Shown: positions 21,923-35,866, numbered from the stretch's first letter. The stretch: DNA of 64,000 bases from Basidiobolus meristosporus CBS 931.73 (GCA_002104905.1 MCFE01000313.1:33384-97383), one strand, 5' to 3'. A program made the numbers and translations. Notes: generated by a model from the sequence alone, not told the origin.

Positions 21923-23931
21923 GTGTGCATTGATTGGCTATTGCCTCTTTATCACACTCCCTACTTCTTGACTCAACCATTTCTCTTACTTCTCATGCGT
22001 ACAATTGATTTATTGCTGTTGACACTTCAGTTGTACCTCAATAGCCAATTGTATTGTCCTATAAATCCCTATACCCTACACTAACATTAAGCCCAACCCC
22101 ACACTCAACAAGTAACTCCATTAATATCCACCACTCAATAAGTATTTCTGCTTTAACACTCTGGTTCCATAACTTTAGCAGGAACCCAATGGCTTTATGC
22201 CACTGTTCATTCACTGGTTCCCACACATCCTGGTCTTCATCCAGCACTGCAAGGTCTAGCACCTCATCTGCCAGTCTATGCAATAAATCTTTGCAATATT
22301 CAAGTGTGTTTTCTTGAGCACTGCTCTTGAAGAAGTGTTGCAACCTCTTGGTGTGCCTATTAATGTTCAAAAACTCCACTGAAGGCATTCTGATAGACTT
22401 TTGAGTTCTTGACATTGTAGCCTTGTCTGTCAGTGGGATCTTCACTCTGTCAACAATGCAAGGTGTGGAGGCTGTGGTTGACAAATTGCCTTTTTCTGCA
22501 AACTCATCTACCTTGCTGGAGTGTAGCTCAACTGGCTGTGCTTCCAACTCTTCTAAAAACAGCTGTTTCTTGTTGGTAATTCTTCTTGACTATGATAGGA
22601 TTCAGTCTGTTCCTGGCTTGTAGCCTTAATTGGCAAGAACTGCAGTTTTTTTGCATGCCTCCCTGTCTCAGGCTTGGGTTGACATTTTTCTCTAAATCTT
22701 TTCCTTTATCACTGCCAGGTCTTTCACCACTACTTTGTCCAAGTGCTTCTTGTAATGAACTATGTTTTCTCCGTGATATATTCTGCTCAGATACAACTGT
22801 TTTAGCCTGCCTGTTCCTTGCTGGTACTCTCCTGGCAACCTGGTGTTTCTTTTCTGCTTGTTTGAAGCTCTCATCTGTAGTTTTGACAGGCTGTTGTAAA
22901 AGCTGCCAGTTTTTATCACTGCCAGGTCCTTCACTGCTACTTTGACTGAGAGCTTCTTGAGTGGTACTATGCTTTTTCCTTGATAAATGTTGTTCTGATG
23001 CATCAATGTCTGCCTGCTTGTCCCTAATTGGCACTCTTCAAGCTACCTAACATCTCTTTAATGCTTGTCAGGAGCTTCTGGCCCTGCCTGTTACAGGCTC
23101 TTGAGGAGGCCACTAGTATTTAGCCATGGTGCCCTTGTGCTTCTGCCTTTGATAGTTTCTGCTATTCTTAAGATACTTTCTTAGCATACCAATGCTGGCC
23201 TAAAATCTGTTTACTTGTTTGAATCCAGGATAACACTCATGGAACAAGTCAAGTGTATACTGCTTGGCCTTGAGTTCCTGATGGTCCCATGGTATACTGG
23301 CCTTAAGATGATGGTGTGCTAGACTTCTGACAGCCTCTTGAATATTAGCCCACTCTTCACTATTACACTCAATGGCTTCACAGATCTTCAATGTCTTTTG
23401 ATTTTTTGACTTTAGAATAAACACCACATTGTCTCCTGCCCACAATGTAATAGGTTCTTTTATGGGCTTTATCTTTTGACACTGTTGTTGTGCTTCAAAG
23501 ACTGTACAGTGTTTCTCTACTGTTATATTAGGAAATGGCTCAATTCTTGGCTGTGACATTGAGCAGCTTGAGTTTCTTTATTGCAGCAAAGATACTGCTT
23601 TCTCTACCTGGGATATTGATTGCTCTACATGTATTATCTGCTTATCCTGTTTCTGGACTATTTCCAGATTTCTCTGGGCTATTGCATCTATCCTATCTGC
23701 CACTCCACCTATTTGCTTCATTGATGCTTTGGTATGAGCTGACAACATAATTGCTAATATGGGTGGTGGTGATGTTATGATGTCTACTTGCTGATCTTTG
23801 ACTGAGGGTACTGCATTTGCTACATTCTCATCTGCCTGAGCACAATGGTCAGCTTGTGGCTCCGCCAAGGTTCTCAATTGCCTACTTGACCAAGAGCCTG
23901 AGGGGTCCGCATTATTACCTTCAGTGGGCAC
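21923..23931 (-). pseudogene. Decayed second gene (ORF2) of the CACTA-like element, copy 1
   Basis: ORF pieces 23578..23931 and 23200..23559 are in one frame; 22528..23034 and 22059..22547 follow. Homologous to 52560-53827+63361-64000 and 43562-44352. Confidence 0.6.
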
Positions 23932-24339
23932 TATGTTAATATGGCCTTATTTAGATGTAGCCCTGCTTGTTGCACTGAATGTCAAAGCAAGCTGTAGTCC
24001 AACCTTTCTTCTGCTGCCATCAATGGTGGGGTTTAGTTGGGGACCAGATGACTTTGTTTTATTTTTTGGCAGTATATACATGAAACTGAGACAAACCAAA
24101 GGGGAAATAGTGTTACATACACATGTATATGTGGTGCCATAACTTTATTATAATGCTTACTATGATGGGTCATAACTAAATCTTATATTCATGTAGGTAC
24201 AATGTCTCAAATACAAGACTGTCTTAAGTTCACATGAGTGTTGACCAAAAAGTGGTATAATAGCATTACATTATTGAAGGTCAAGCTGTTTGCCCCATGG
24301 ACAAGACTACTTTGACTCAATACCATAAGAGAAGAGAAT

Positions 24340-25553
24340 AAAAACCATGTGGCTATTGTTTCAAGCCTCTCAGCCATGAAGCACACAGACAGCATAGGAA
24401 GTGTTACAAGGATCACAGCCAGTGTTTTGCCACCCAAGTCATATTTAACCATTCATTAATCACTACTGTACCAACATTATCTTGCTGGCCAGTTGATGCT
24501 TCTATATTGGCACCTGGCTGTCTTTGTCACATTGTGCAAACTCAGTCAGGTGAGTTTGTGATGCCTTTAGGCACACCTCAGCCTTCTGAATATGGCATAC
24601 AGAGTGATTGCTCTGACAAGAAGGTTCACTGATGGATTGTGAGTCTATCTCCCCTAACAACAGTACCATGTATGAGCCTGGTCAAATCCCAATATGCAAT
24701 GAGACAACACCTGTTGTAACAAATGCCAAGGATACTTTATGGAGCCAAGTGAGCCCAGTAATCCATCTACTGGTGAATGATGTAATGCTGTGGCTAGAGA
24801 AGTGGTGCATTTCCACTAATATCAGTAATGCAGGCTTTGAGGATTTATTACTAGTTCTTGCCAAAATCATTCCAGGATGTAACTTACCATGTACATGGCA
24901 CAAGTGGACAACCATCATTTGGCTGGCAACATATGATCTAGAGACTGTCCTGATTCAAGCATGTGCTAACAGTTGCATGACATTTACATCCAAAAATGCA
25001 CAATTGCAACAAGTCCAAAATGTCAGGAATCCACCACCATTGAGGGAAAACATTGTTCACACTTGGGATATATTCTGGTAATACCCCATCGGAGGAAGCT
25101 AATTCAGTGCAACAACTATTGCAAAGCTATACAGTACTGCACTCAATATCAATCAAGCGCAAGCATATCCAATATATTTGATGGCAAACATTACAAACAG
25201 CTAAGAAGCAAGGGCTACCATGAAGGTATGCAAGACCATGCCTTTGCCTTAGAACTTGATAGATTCCCATTAAAGAAGTACTTTACAAGTAAATCTTGCT
25301 CCCCACTGCTTCTCATCAATCAGAATCTGCTGCCCATCTTATAGTTTCAGAGCAATAATCTGATGGTAGTCTCACTGGTATCTAGGCCTAAGTCACTGTC
25401 CAACCTTGATAGCTATCTGTATACATTGCTGGATGAATTTTGTATACTTTCCAGCAGGATAACAGTAAATGACTGTCATGTAAAAGCTCATGTCATTATC
25501 TGCATTGGAGATACCCCAGCCAACAGCAAGATAGCTAGCCTTTCTGGGTTTGT
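24340..25553 (+). pseudogene. Decayed CACTA/EnSpm Tnp2-type (Transposase_21-like) transposase, copy 1, truncated
   Basis: CGYC..SH..H zinc-finger-like start; IQACANSCMTF; NIFDGKHY; FALELD; LLLINQNL; NLDSYLYTLLDE; AHVIICIGDTPA motifs. Confidence 0.75.
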
Positions 25554-26518
25554 GTGAATTGATTGGCTATTGCCTCTTTTTCACACTCCTTACTTCTGGA
25601 CTCAGCCATATCTGTTACTTTTCATGTCTATGAATTGATTTATTTCCATTGAAGCTTCAGTTGTACATCAATTGCCATTTGTATTGACCTATACAAGTCC
25701 CTATACCCTACATTGACAATAAGCCCAACTCCACACTTAACAAGTACCTCCATCAAAATCCACCACTCAATAGTATTTCTGCTGTAATGCTTGGGTTCTA
25801 TGACTTTGGAGGGAACCCACCCTATGAAAATAATTTGGTCCTGCAGGTGGTTCCAATCTGGATCAGCCATCAAGATCCCATTTAGAGGCCATCATAATAA
25901 CAGCAGCTTGGAATTAGTGACTCACCTAACAATCTTACGATGGGATCATGTTGGTGTATTGCTAATTTTACAGCCAAATAGAGGGATCAAACTTGACAAT
26001 ATTTTATTGGTGCTGTGACAATATTTGATGGTATTGTTGTGGTCTTTCAGCACTCTATAACTATTTTAAGTGGATCCAGTTGGCCAGGACATTCAATTTG
26101 CTTATATGGCAAGCAATGTGATAATATTTCAATGGCCTCACAGCAAGACTCTGATGGCATTATAGCAGCAGTATGATGGCCTACTGCTGGTTCTGTATAA
26201 TGCTACCCTACAAATTTACCAAATGGTATTTCCTTTTTCTACCTCTCCTTGTGCAATTCATACATTCCACTGCAGAATTGCCCCTCTTTATTTGCTTACC
26301 CACTACTACCTTGGGTATTCCACATTTGTATTGAATCATAAAAAACTATTGCCTCCTGATTACCAACCTCTACAAATGTGCACACCTGCCGCAATTGGCA
26401 TACTTCTATCACCTCAACTTAAAGCTTTTAGTGTGATACTTGCAAAGTTGCCATATACCTTGTACTGCTGGCAACATATGTGGGTTATTACTGACTGTAC
26501 TTGGTGAGTGGGAGAGCT
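25553..26518. mobile_element. ORF2 3' fragment (25553..25817, direct repeat of 21923..22190) fused to the downstream end of another CACTA-like copy (25818..26518)
   Basis: 25818 starts CACCCTATGAAAATAATTTGGTCC; the following ~660 bp match 44353-44913+49853-49930. Confidence 0.65.
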
Positions 26519-29500
26519 TGTTGGTCAAGTCAGTACCACTTGGTTCAGAGTAGCTTCCAATAGAAGGTAGCAAGGTAATAAAGACTTGTGTTTATTTTGT
26601 CCAAATCCTCCTCTTGCTTGGTTCAATTGGGTAGATATATATATATCACTTGGGGGCTTAGTGTTATGAATAGACACAAGGCAGGAGAGTAGGGCTAGGC
26701 AAGGCAGGACCAGGAAAGGACTTAGGTGTGGATCAACAAGGCAAGGCGGATTTCCAAGGCAAGGCTGTTTATTCAAGACCTGTGTTTATCGGACTGAGGA
26801 ATACTTAAGGGGGGATAGGACAATATATACTTTTTGGTTATACTGATGCCAAGAGATATTGGCTAATACTAATGGGGTTGTGAGGTGAGGCACAGCAATG
26901 TGCTGGGGATAATAATATAGAAGGCAAGGCACTGAGACAGGATGGAGAAATGGATTGGGTAACCTGATCATGTGACTAAGTCATATGACCTGGTTTTTCC
27001 ATATATGGTACTGGACTATGAAAAATATGATGGGAAGCTTCCATGGAATGTTCCATTGTGTAACAATGGTTTGGAATGGTCAGGAACTTTCTGGAAGGTG
27101 GTAGAAGGTTCCAGAAGGAATCTCTTAGAAATTGAGCTTGGAAGCTGAAACTTGGCATGGGTGTTCATGGTTGTCATATGATCATGACACTTAGATAATA
27201 GACAATGTGTTATAAAATAGGGGTGTGAACACCTTCCTGTTATGGTAAGTGTTCTAGCTAGATGAGGGCAGGGATAGGGGGGAGGGCGCGTGGGGGAATC
27301 ATAGGGAGGATACTGGTGGACTTTGGGTAGGACTCTGGAGAGAACTCTTGGGCAAAGAGTGGGTACTGCATTTAGTACTTACATATCCTGGGGGTTAAGA
27401 GGGAGCTTTGTCCTTGAAGTTCTTTTGACTAACTTGCTTCTCCAGGGTCAATTTTGTTCACGGAGCATGGGGAGTCACCATAGTACCATTGCTGGTTGTC
27501 ACTTGCAAGGGGGTTGCAGGCAATTACCTGGTACCATTCAGCGGCAGAGTGGGGTGTGGCTTTTGTTGCTTGAGGGATGTTTTCCACAGAGCCCAAATAG
27601 TTGGCAAACTATAGGGTTCTGTGTAAGTTCCTTGGGAGGGTTGGAGAACAAGAAAAGGTGCAATAGCGCGATAAAGTCTTGCTTCTTTATCTTGCAAACA
27701 TTGTTGGGGCTTGTCCTTTTAGTGTTCAATATGATGGCTGGGGACCTTTTGAAGAGGGTGTACATGTTGTAAAAATTTGTATTTCCACCTGAATATTCAC
27801 CTAACTTACTCACTTAAATCATCACCTTCCAATCCTAGAGAATACTGACCAAATTCCTTGTTGGGATTTACTTAGAATATTTTCACCAAAATACCAGGTA
27901 CCCAGAACATGAAAATTCTCAAAGTTGTCCAAACAGCCCCAAACTTTGCACACATGTTCTTGGGACCTTCCTTAATCTATTCTACGTGCTTGTAATGCCA
28001 AGACCATGTAAAAGTATAAATACCACTTTTACGTTCAATAAATCATTAAGTGAAAACCACATAATCTACTTGTTCTCCAAATCACTTCCAATATCTCCAA
28101 GACTCTTACAACAGGTTATGAGCCCCAAGCTGTCACTCTCTGCAATGTCTACTACTGCTATTACTGGAATTTTTTCCTCTGCTGAAAAGTTGGATGGCTC
28201 TAACTACCAAGTGTGCAAGGTGAAGATGAAGATGCTGCTACAAGAAAGAGGCCTTTGGGATATTGTCATGGGAGAAGAATGCCCTCCTAAAAATGTGGGA
28301 GAGGAAGCCTTAAAGTACCAGAAGAAAGAACAAACTGCCTTTAACTGCATTTGCCTTAATGTCAAGGACAAATTGCTAATTCAATGCTCAAGAGCAAAAC
28401 CAGCAAAGAATGCCTGGAAGGCATTAGAAGACACCTACCAGTCATGTTCAGCTGCCAAGAAAATGTATCTGAGAAGAAAAATTTTTACTACAAAGATGCT
28501 GCCAGGAGAAGAAATGAAAAATCTAATTAACAGAATTACCCTGCTGGTAGATGAGATGGAATCTATGGGTGTACCAACTACTGATGAGGATGTGATAGTT
28601 ACCATCCTGAATAGCCTGACAGACAAGTTCCAGGGCCTTGTATCAGCCCTAGAGTCCAGAACTGAAGATTTGACCTTAAATTACGTATATGGAAGGCTCC
28701 TGGATGAAGAATTAAGAAATCAAGTGCCAATAAGAAGGAAGAAGAAAATGCTTTAATAAGCAATGATAACCAACAAAGGAGGTACCCAAGACCCTACAAA
28801 GGCAACAGCAACCTATTTTGCAACTACTGCAAAAGGAAAGGACACACATCAGACCGGTGTTTCAAAAAGAGAGATTATCAGCAAAAGAAGCCTGAATATG
28901 GAAATGCTGCAACAACTGAAGATAGACTATTCATATCTGCACTAAATATGACCACAAACAAGGATTCTCAGTCGTGGTATATTGATTCTGGAGCTTCTCA
29001 ACACTTTACACACCAAAAAGAACTTTTTACCCAATATCAAGAAATTCCAATTAAGAAGGTTTTCATGGGTGATGATAGAACCCTTGATGCAGTGGGAGAA
29101 GGAACTATCCAAGTAAACCTTAGAAGCAGTGAAGGAAGCCACACACTGACATTTAAAGAAGTACTCTATGTACCAGAAATAGCCAAGAACCTACTCTCTG
29201 TAAGCAAGGCCACAGCAGAAGGACTCAGTTTCAGTTTTGACAATTTTGGATGCAGGATCACTGATCAAAATGGTGCCCATATTGCTTTGGGCATCAGAGA
29301 TCAGAATCTATACAAGTTGACTTATATTCCATCATATCTGGAAGCCAATATAAGTAACTTAAATGAAGAAACACCAATGCTTTCGCACAGGAGATTTGGA
29401 CACATCAATTTTGATTATTTGTATAAAATGATCAAAGATCAGCTAATTTCTGGAGTGAAAATTGTTCCCCCAGCTAATTTGGAGCACTGTGAAGCCTGCA

Positions 29501-32500
29501 TATATGGAAAACAAGCCAGACAACCGTTCAAGAGCTCTGGGTTAATCAAAACTAAGAAAAAATTAGACCTAATTCACTCAGATCTGTGTGGACCTATGCA
29601 AAATTTATCCTTAGGTGGGATGAAGTAATTAATCACTTTTATTGATGATCATACAAGATACACATGGGTCTACTTCATGGAGAGAAAGGAAGAAGCTCTG
29701 TCTAAGTTCAGGGAGTTTAAAGCCATGGTGGAGAGAGAAACTGGTGAAAAAATCAAGAAAATATGCTCTGACAATGGTGGAGAATATACCTCAAAACTCT
29801 TCATCCACTTCTGCAAAATTCATGGGATAAAGCAAGAGACTACTGTACCATACTCCCCACAGCAAAATGGAGTAGCAGAACGAGCTAACAGATCAATAAT
29901 TGATGTGGCAAGATCTATGATCCATGATCAAAAATTATCCTATGATTTTTGGGTGGAATCAGTTGCCACTGCTGTATATCTTAAAAATAGGAGTAATAAC
30001 AGAATACTTCGTGATTCTACTCCATTTGAAGCATGGTATGGATACAGACCAAGTGCAGAACATCTAAGAATATTTGGGTGTACAGCATATGCCAAAAAAC
30101 TGGCCGGAAATCAGTCAAAATTTGAGCCAAAAAGTGTAAAATGCATATTTTTGGGCTACTGCAATGAGAGTAAGGCATACAGACTCTACAATACCAAAGC
30201 AAAGAAGCTTATCAAGTCCAGGGATGTGTTGTTTGATGAAAATTTAAAATTTTCACAAAAAATGACATCAGATGATGACAAAAATTTGATCTCAAGTCCA
30301 CCAATTGGCAGGATTGAATCAGAGCAAAACAATGAAAATTTTTTCACTCCAGAGGACTCTGCAACTGTGGTTCAGCCAGAATCAGTGCCCAGGAATATCC
30401 CAGAAGTGATCATTCCAGTATCAAATGCCCGGAGATCAAATTGGACAAGAAATAGCCCAAGTTACTATATTAATGAGGGTACAAACTTAGCCTAAGCCTA
30501 TTCAGTCCATATTGATGAGCCCCAGACTGTAAAAGAGGCCCTAAATAGCCCTCAGACAAAGTTTTGGAGATCTGCAATGACTGAGGAATATCAGGCCCTG
30601 ATGGAAAATCAAACTTGGGACTTAGTCAAATTACCAATCAACCAAAAATCAATTGGATGCAGATGGGTCTTTAAGACAAAATACAAGGCTGATGGTACAA
30701 TTGAAAGATACAAAGCAAGACTTGTAGCCAAAGGATACTCTCAAACAAAAGGACTTGACTATACTGAGACCTTTGCACCGGTAGCCAAGTTTAATTTCAT
30801 CAGATTAATATTGGCTATTGCAGCCAAATATAAGTTTTTTATTCATCAAATGGATGTAAAAACTGCATTTTTGAATGAAGAACTTGATGAGGACGTGTAT
30901 ATGGACCAGTCTGATGGGTTTGTTGACCAAGATAACCCCCATTTGGTCTGCAAGCTTAAAAAGTCACTATATGGTCTCAAACAATCACCAAGAGCCTGGA
31001 ATTGCAAGATAGATTCTTATTTGGAATCTTTGAGTTTCAAAAGGAGTAATGCTGACTATAGTATATACTATAAGCCAGATAGAGCAAATCCAGCTCTATT
31101 AGCTCTATATGTGGATGATTTTATTATAGCTGCCAATAACCTAGAAACATTGGAAGAGACTAAATCCAGCCTATCTAAGGAGTTCAAGATGTCCGGTCTA
31201 GGAGAACTTAGTTACTACTTAGGGATTAAGTTCTCCATAGACAGAAGTACCCAGACTATTACCCTAAGCCAATCCAAGTATATTCAAGATATACTAAAGA
31301 TGTACAAAATGGAAGACTGTAAACTGGCAGCTACCCCAATGGAGTCAAACCTTAACTTGGTCAAAACTCAACCAAATCAAGAGAGCTTGGTGCCATCTGA
31401 AAGCCCTGACTTTCCTTATCAATCTATGGTTGGCAGTCTGATGTATATCATGCTTGGAACACGTCCAGATATCTCATATTCAGTGGGAGTTGTCAGCCAA
31501 CATAATCAGAATTATGGATCTGATCATATTGCAGCAGTTAAGCGGATTTTTAGATACCTAAAAGGAACTGCTGATATCTGCTTAAGATACACTTATAATG
31601 ATTCAGAACAGGATCATGTGGGATACTCTGATGCTGATTGGGGACAAAATTTGGAAGACAGAAGATCCACCACAGGAAACACCTTTCTTTACTGTAAAGG
31701 AGCAATTTCATGGAATTCAAGAAAGCAACCAACAGTAGCACTTTCTACTACAGAGGCAGAGTATATGGCAGCCTGTGAAGCTACAAAAGAAGCAATGTGG
31801 TTAAGGAAGCTCTTTGCAGATTTAGGCCTATGTCAAAAAACGCCTATTACTTTATTTCAAGATAATCAAGGATGTATACAATTAGGTAGAAATCCAACTT
31901 TTCATACTAGAACCAAGCACATAGATATTAGACATCATTTCATACGTGAAGCTATAGAGAATAACTTAGTTAGCTTAGTTTACTGTTCTACAGATGAAAT
32001 GATTGCAGACATATTTACCAAACCATTAGCTAGAGACAAGTTTGAATATCTTAGGTCAAAATTAGGACTAGTCAGTATGAACATTTAGCTGAGTGGGAGT
32101 GCTGTAAGAATTTGTATTTCCACCTAAATATTCACCTAACTTAGTCACTTAAATCATCACCTTCCAATCCTAGAGAATACTGACCAAATTCCTTGTTGGG
32201 ATTTACTTAGAATATTTTCACCAAAATACCAGGTACCCAGAACATAAAAATTCTCAAAGTTGTCCAAACAGCCCCAAACTTTGCACACATGTTCTTGGGA
32301 CCTTCCTTAACCTATTCTACATGTTTGTAATGCCAAGACCATGTAAAAGTATAAATACCACTTTTACATTCAATAAATCATTAAGTGAAAACCACATAAT
32401 CTACTTATTCTCCAAATCACTTCCAATATATCCAAGACTCTTACAACAGTACACTTGGTTGGCAGTCACCCATTGTTGGTAACAAGTTTTTGCTTCTTCC

Positions 32501-35500
32501 AAGACGTATTGTAGTGCTTCTGTAGAAACTGTGGCAAGATCAAGGCGCTTTTGTACTTGCCTCATGGTTTCTACAGAGTCCATGGTGGTTTCTTCAGCTT
32601 CTTGGAGTAGGACTTTGTACTGGTTCCTGAGTTGTCCTATGGTAAACCACTGTAATAGTTGTAACACAGCAACTTGGTGGATCTCATGGGTTAACTGGCT
32701 GGTGTATTTAATCCGTTTGCGTATCTTCTCTAAGATGGTTCCTTCTTGGAAATGTGGTTCAAGATGTTTGCAAATTTCTTGGAGAAGTCCTTTGATTGGG
32801 AGTTCTACTTCTGGTGCTCTTGCGGCTTGTACCAGGTCCAGATATGCTTGTACCAGGTCTGGATACCTCAACAACTGTGGTACCTATCAATGGCAAGTAT
32901 GCAACAAAACTGGGGGGCTCTCAAGGTCTTGTGAGGGTGCAACAGTTGATTCCTTGTGTCATCTGTCTGACTGTGTGCAGTATGGATACGGGGATCAGTG
33001 CGGCATCCTTCTCCTTAATGATTCAGGAACCTCCTCATAGGTGGTACACGGTCTTCTTGGGTAGTATCTCCATGCTTTGTATTGGCATGGGTAACTTGTC
33101 TTGTCCCTCTCTGATTGTGTCTTGTATCAACATGACTGCTCTGGCAAACAACTATTCATAGGTGGCTCTTGTTGCATGTAATGCCTGCACCATATCTCTC
33201 AACACTTGCAGGTTGGTTTCATTGTTGATATATCAAGGTTCTTGCTGGTGGGAGGGGTATTGCCAGTTTTGGGTGCACTGTTTCCTTTGGTGCTTTACAT
33301 ATGCATTCTTTTGTTCTCCCCTTTGGGCAAACTTCCTCGCACATATCATTTGTGCCTATATCAACTGAAATCCCCTCTAATAAACTTTGTATGTATCTTG
33401 TGTCTTCCTCTATCCTTGTCCTGATAATTGTTTAATCACAATTTGGTTCCAGTGATGATCAGTGGATCATCATGAAACAGTTTCAGATGGGCTGGCGCTA
33501 TGTTGCTGATCATCTTGTTGTTCAGGGTAATGGTGTACTTTGGCCCGTAGTCCAAGCTAATGATGGTGCTAGGGCCAATCCATTGGGGTGTAAATTGTGG
33601 GCAAAACTTGAGGCCTGCAACGGTTTGATTGTACCACACTTTATTGGCTGGTTTCCACTTTTGTCCCATTAGTTTCTCATTTTTAGGCGGGAGGGGGGGA
33701 AGGTGCTTGTCAACATTTTCAAATACTTTTATGTGTAGGTGGGCAATATGGAGTATTAACCTTTCTACATAGCCGTAATGTGTTGTCAAGGGGACACCTT
33801 CCATTGTCAATCCAGTTTCTTCACGCCACTTGGGCCTTTGTCCGTACAGAACCTTGTACAGGGAGAAACCTGTTGTTTTATTTGGTATTGTACGCATTGC
33901 TAGGAGTGTCAGTGGAAGTAGCTTCCCCATGATTGGGGTAGTTCCCAGTGGAGTTTCTCTAGTATGCGGCAACACATCTGGTTCATCCTCTTGGTTAATC
34001 CGTTGGTCTGGGGGTGATACATGGCCATGAAGACCTGTTTCACGCCCATCATTTTGCACAAGTGGGCCACAGTGTTGTTCAGGAAGGAGCCACCATTGTT
34101 GGACAGGAGTATCTGAGGATATCCATGCTGGCAGATGAGGTGTTCTAGAATGAATTGGGTAGTTGTCTTCTGGTCTTTATTTTGGATGGCTTGGGCTTCT
34201 ACCCACTTTGAGAAATGTTTGGTAGCAATTATTATGTATTGTTCTCCTTTCTTTGTTTTCATAAAGGGCCCAGCAAAGTCAATCCCTACCCAATAGAAGG
34301 GTAGGTCAAGCGGTGTTGGTGCGGTTGTCCGTATCTTTTGACTTTGGTTAAATCTTTTGCAGGTGGAGCATCTTTGTAGTGTATTCACAATGTTGGTCAT
34401 CATTTTTTTCCAATTAAACGTCTTTCTTAACATCTTGTATGTTGTTAGAGGGTTAGCATGTCCTAATGACATATGTCTTTCTTGCATGATTTCTTTGCGG
34501 GCAGTTGTTGGGGATACCTCAACTCTGAACTGTCATTAGAGGAACCATAATCAGTTTTCTTGTACTTTGTACTGACACTATTTCTTTCAAAACCTCTCTT
34601 CTGCTTGTTTGTAAAAACGTGTTTGGGATACTTCCCTCTTTTTTTAAAGCATATTATGCCTTTGTAGTCATTACTGACACGTATTTGGCAAACAGGACAG
34701 CAACTGAGGAAGTCTGTGTCTTGGTGTTTCTTGCCAGTGCAATGAATTATTTTGAAGTTGTATTCTTGTAGTTGGAGGACCCAATTTGCTAGTCAACCGG
34801 TAAAGTCTTTAGTTTTCATCAGCCAGACTAGTGCACTGTAGTCCGTTACTATTGTGAATTGGTGACCATGTTTGTATGTGTGGAATTTTTTAATTGAATA
34901 AACAACAGCAAGACATTCTCTCTTGGTAACAGGGTAGTGATGTTTGTGTTTATTTAGCAAACGGCTCACGTAACCAATTGGGCGGAATTTGCTGGGTTGG
35001 TGGTATTGTCCCAGTATGGTGCCTATACTGGCAAGACTTCCATCACAGTTAATAAAAAATCATGCATCCCAATTGGGAAAACGTAACACTGGCGGTGACG
35101 TCAGGGAATTTTTCAGCTGATCAAAAGCCCTCTTTTGAGGCTCCAACCATACAAACACTGGCCTTTTTGCGTCAATTTGTATAAGGGGGCTGCTATTGTT
35201 GCAAAGTTTTTGACAAAGTGGCAATAGTAGCCGGCTAATCCTAGGAATCCCAAAACTGCATTGATATCCTTTGGTGCATGTGTATCTTGAACAGCTTTCA
35301 GGAGTGAAGTAGATGGATATATTCCATCTGCCAAGATCTTGTGGCCCAGGAACAACAATTTTGTATACAGGAAATGGCACTTCTTGGATGTAATTTGAGT
35401 TGGTTCTTGAGGAGGGCTGTCAGGATACGTTGCATGATGTGTATATGTTCTTCTATATTGGGGGAATATATTATGATGTTGTCCAGATACACATGAGCGC

Positions 35501-35602
35501 ATTCTCATTGTAGATTTCCTAGCACCTTGTTGATCATCCTTTGGAATGTAGTGGGGGCATTGCACAAGCCAAAGGGTAGTTGGTTCCATTTGTATAATCC
35601 AA
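26519..35602 (-). mobile_element. Gypsy-B element (5'-truncated): RT C-part, RNase H, integrase, ~1.5-kb 3' region with extra ORF, putative 3' LTR 26519..27231; interrupted by Copia-A
   Basis: YLDNII RT motif (35298..35492), H-x-H/C-x2-C and GIDFAGP integrase (33909..34487), GPS/GPK tail (33436..). LTR candidate TGTT...AACA with TATA-like then AATAAA on minus. LTR boundaries less certain. Confidence 0.75.
27765..32448 (+). mobile_element. Full-length Copia-A retrotransposon (4684 bp); LTRs 27765..28113 and 32100..32448; TSD GTACA
   Basis: Perfect 5-bp TSD (27760-27764, 32449-32453); PBS GGTTATGAGCCCC at 28114; PPT GAGTGGGAG 32091-32099; gag-PR(DSGA)-IN-RT(YVDD)-RH(YSDADW). One frameshift (~28720) and three in-frame TAA (28943, 29626, 30493); ~11 LTR differences. 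Confidence 0.97.
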
Positions 35603-35866
35603 ACTTATTCTTAACCGAGGTATGGAGTACTTATTCTTAATGGTAACTGAGTTCAGGGCTCTGTAGTCAATGCACATTCTAAGTGTTCCATCCTTCTTTT
35701 TCACAAAATGCACTGGTGCTCCCCAGGGTGACTTGCTGGGTCTGATATATCCTTGCTCCAATAACTGATCTATTTGTCTCTTTATCTCTTCCAACTCTAA
35801 TGGACTATACTGTAAGGTGTCTTACTCACTGAGAGGCTATCTCCTGTGTCAATGGCATGAACCATG
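35603..35866 (-). mobile_element. Short Gypsy-A RT N-terminal fragment fused to Gypsy-B RT
   Basis: Encodes [47 protein letters not shown], closely matching 37845-38090. Confidence 0.85.

Noticed and set aside
26506-26514. GAGTGGGAG resembling a Copia PPT before 26519
   Set aside because: No Copia RNase H upstream; TATA/AATAAA order indicates a minus-strand LTR.
32449-32874. Calling the Gypsy-B extra ORF env
   Set aside because: No signal peptide, furin-type site or convincing transmembrane helix seen.
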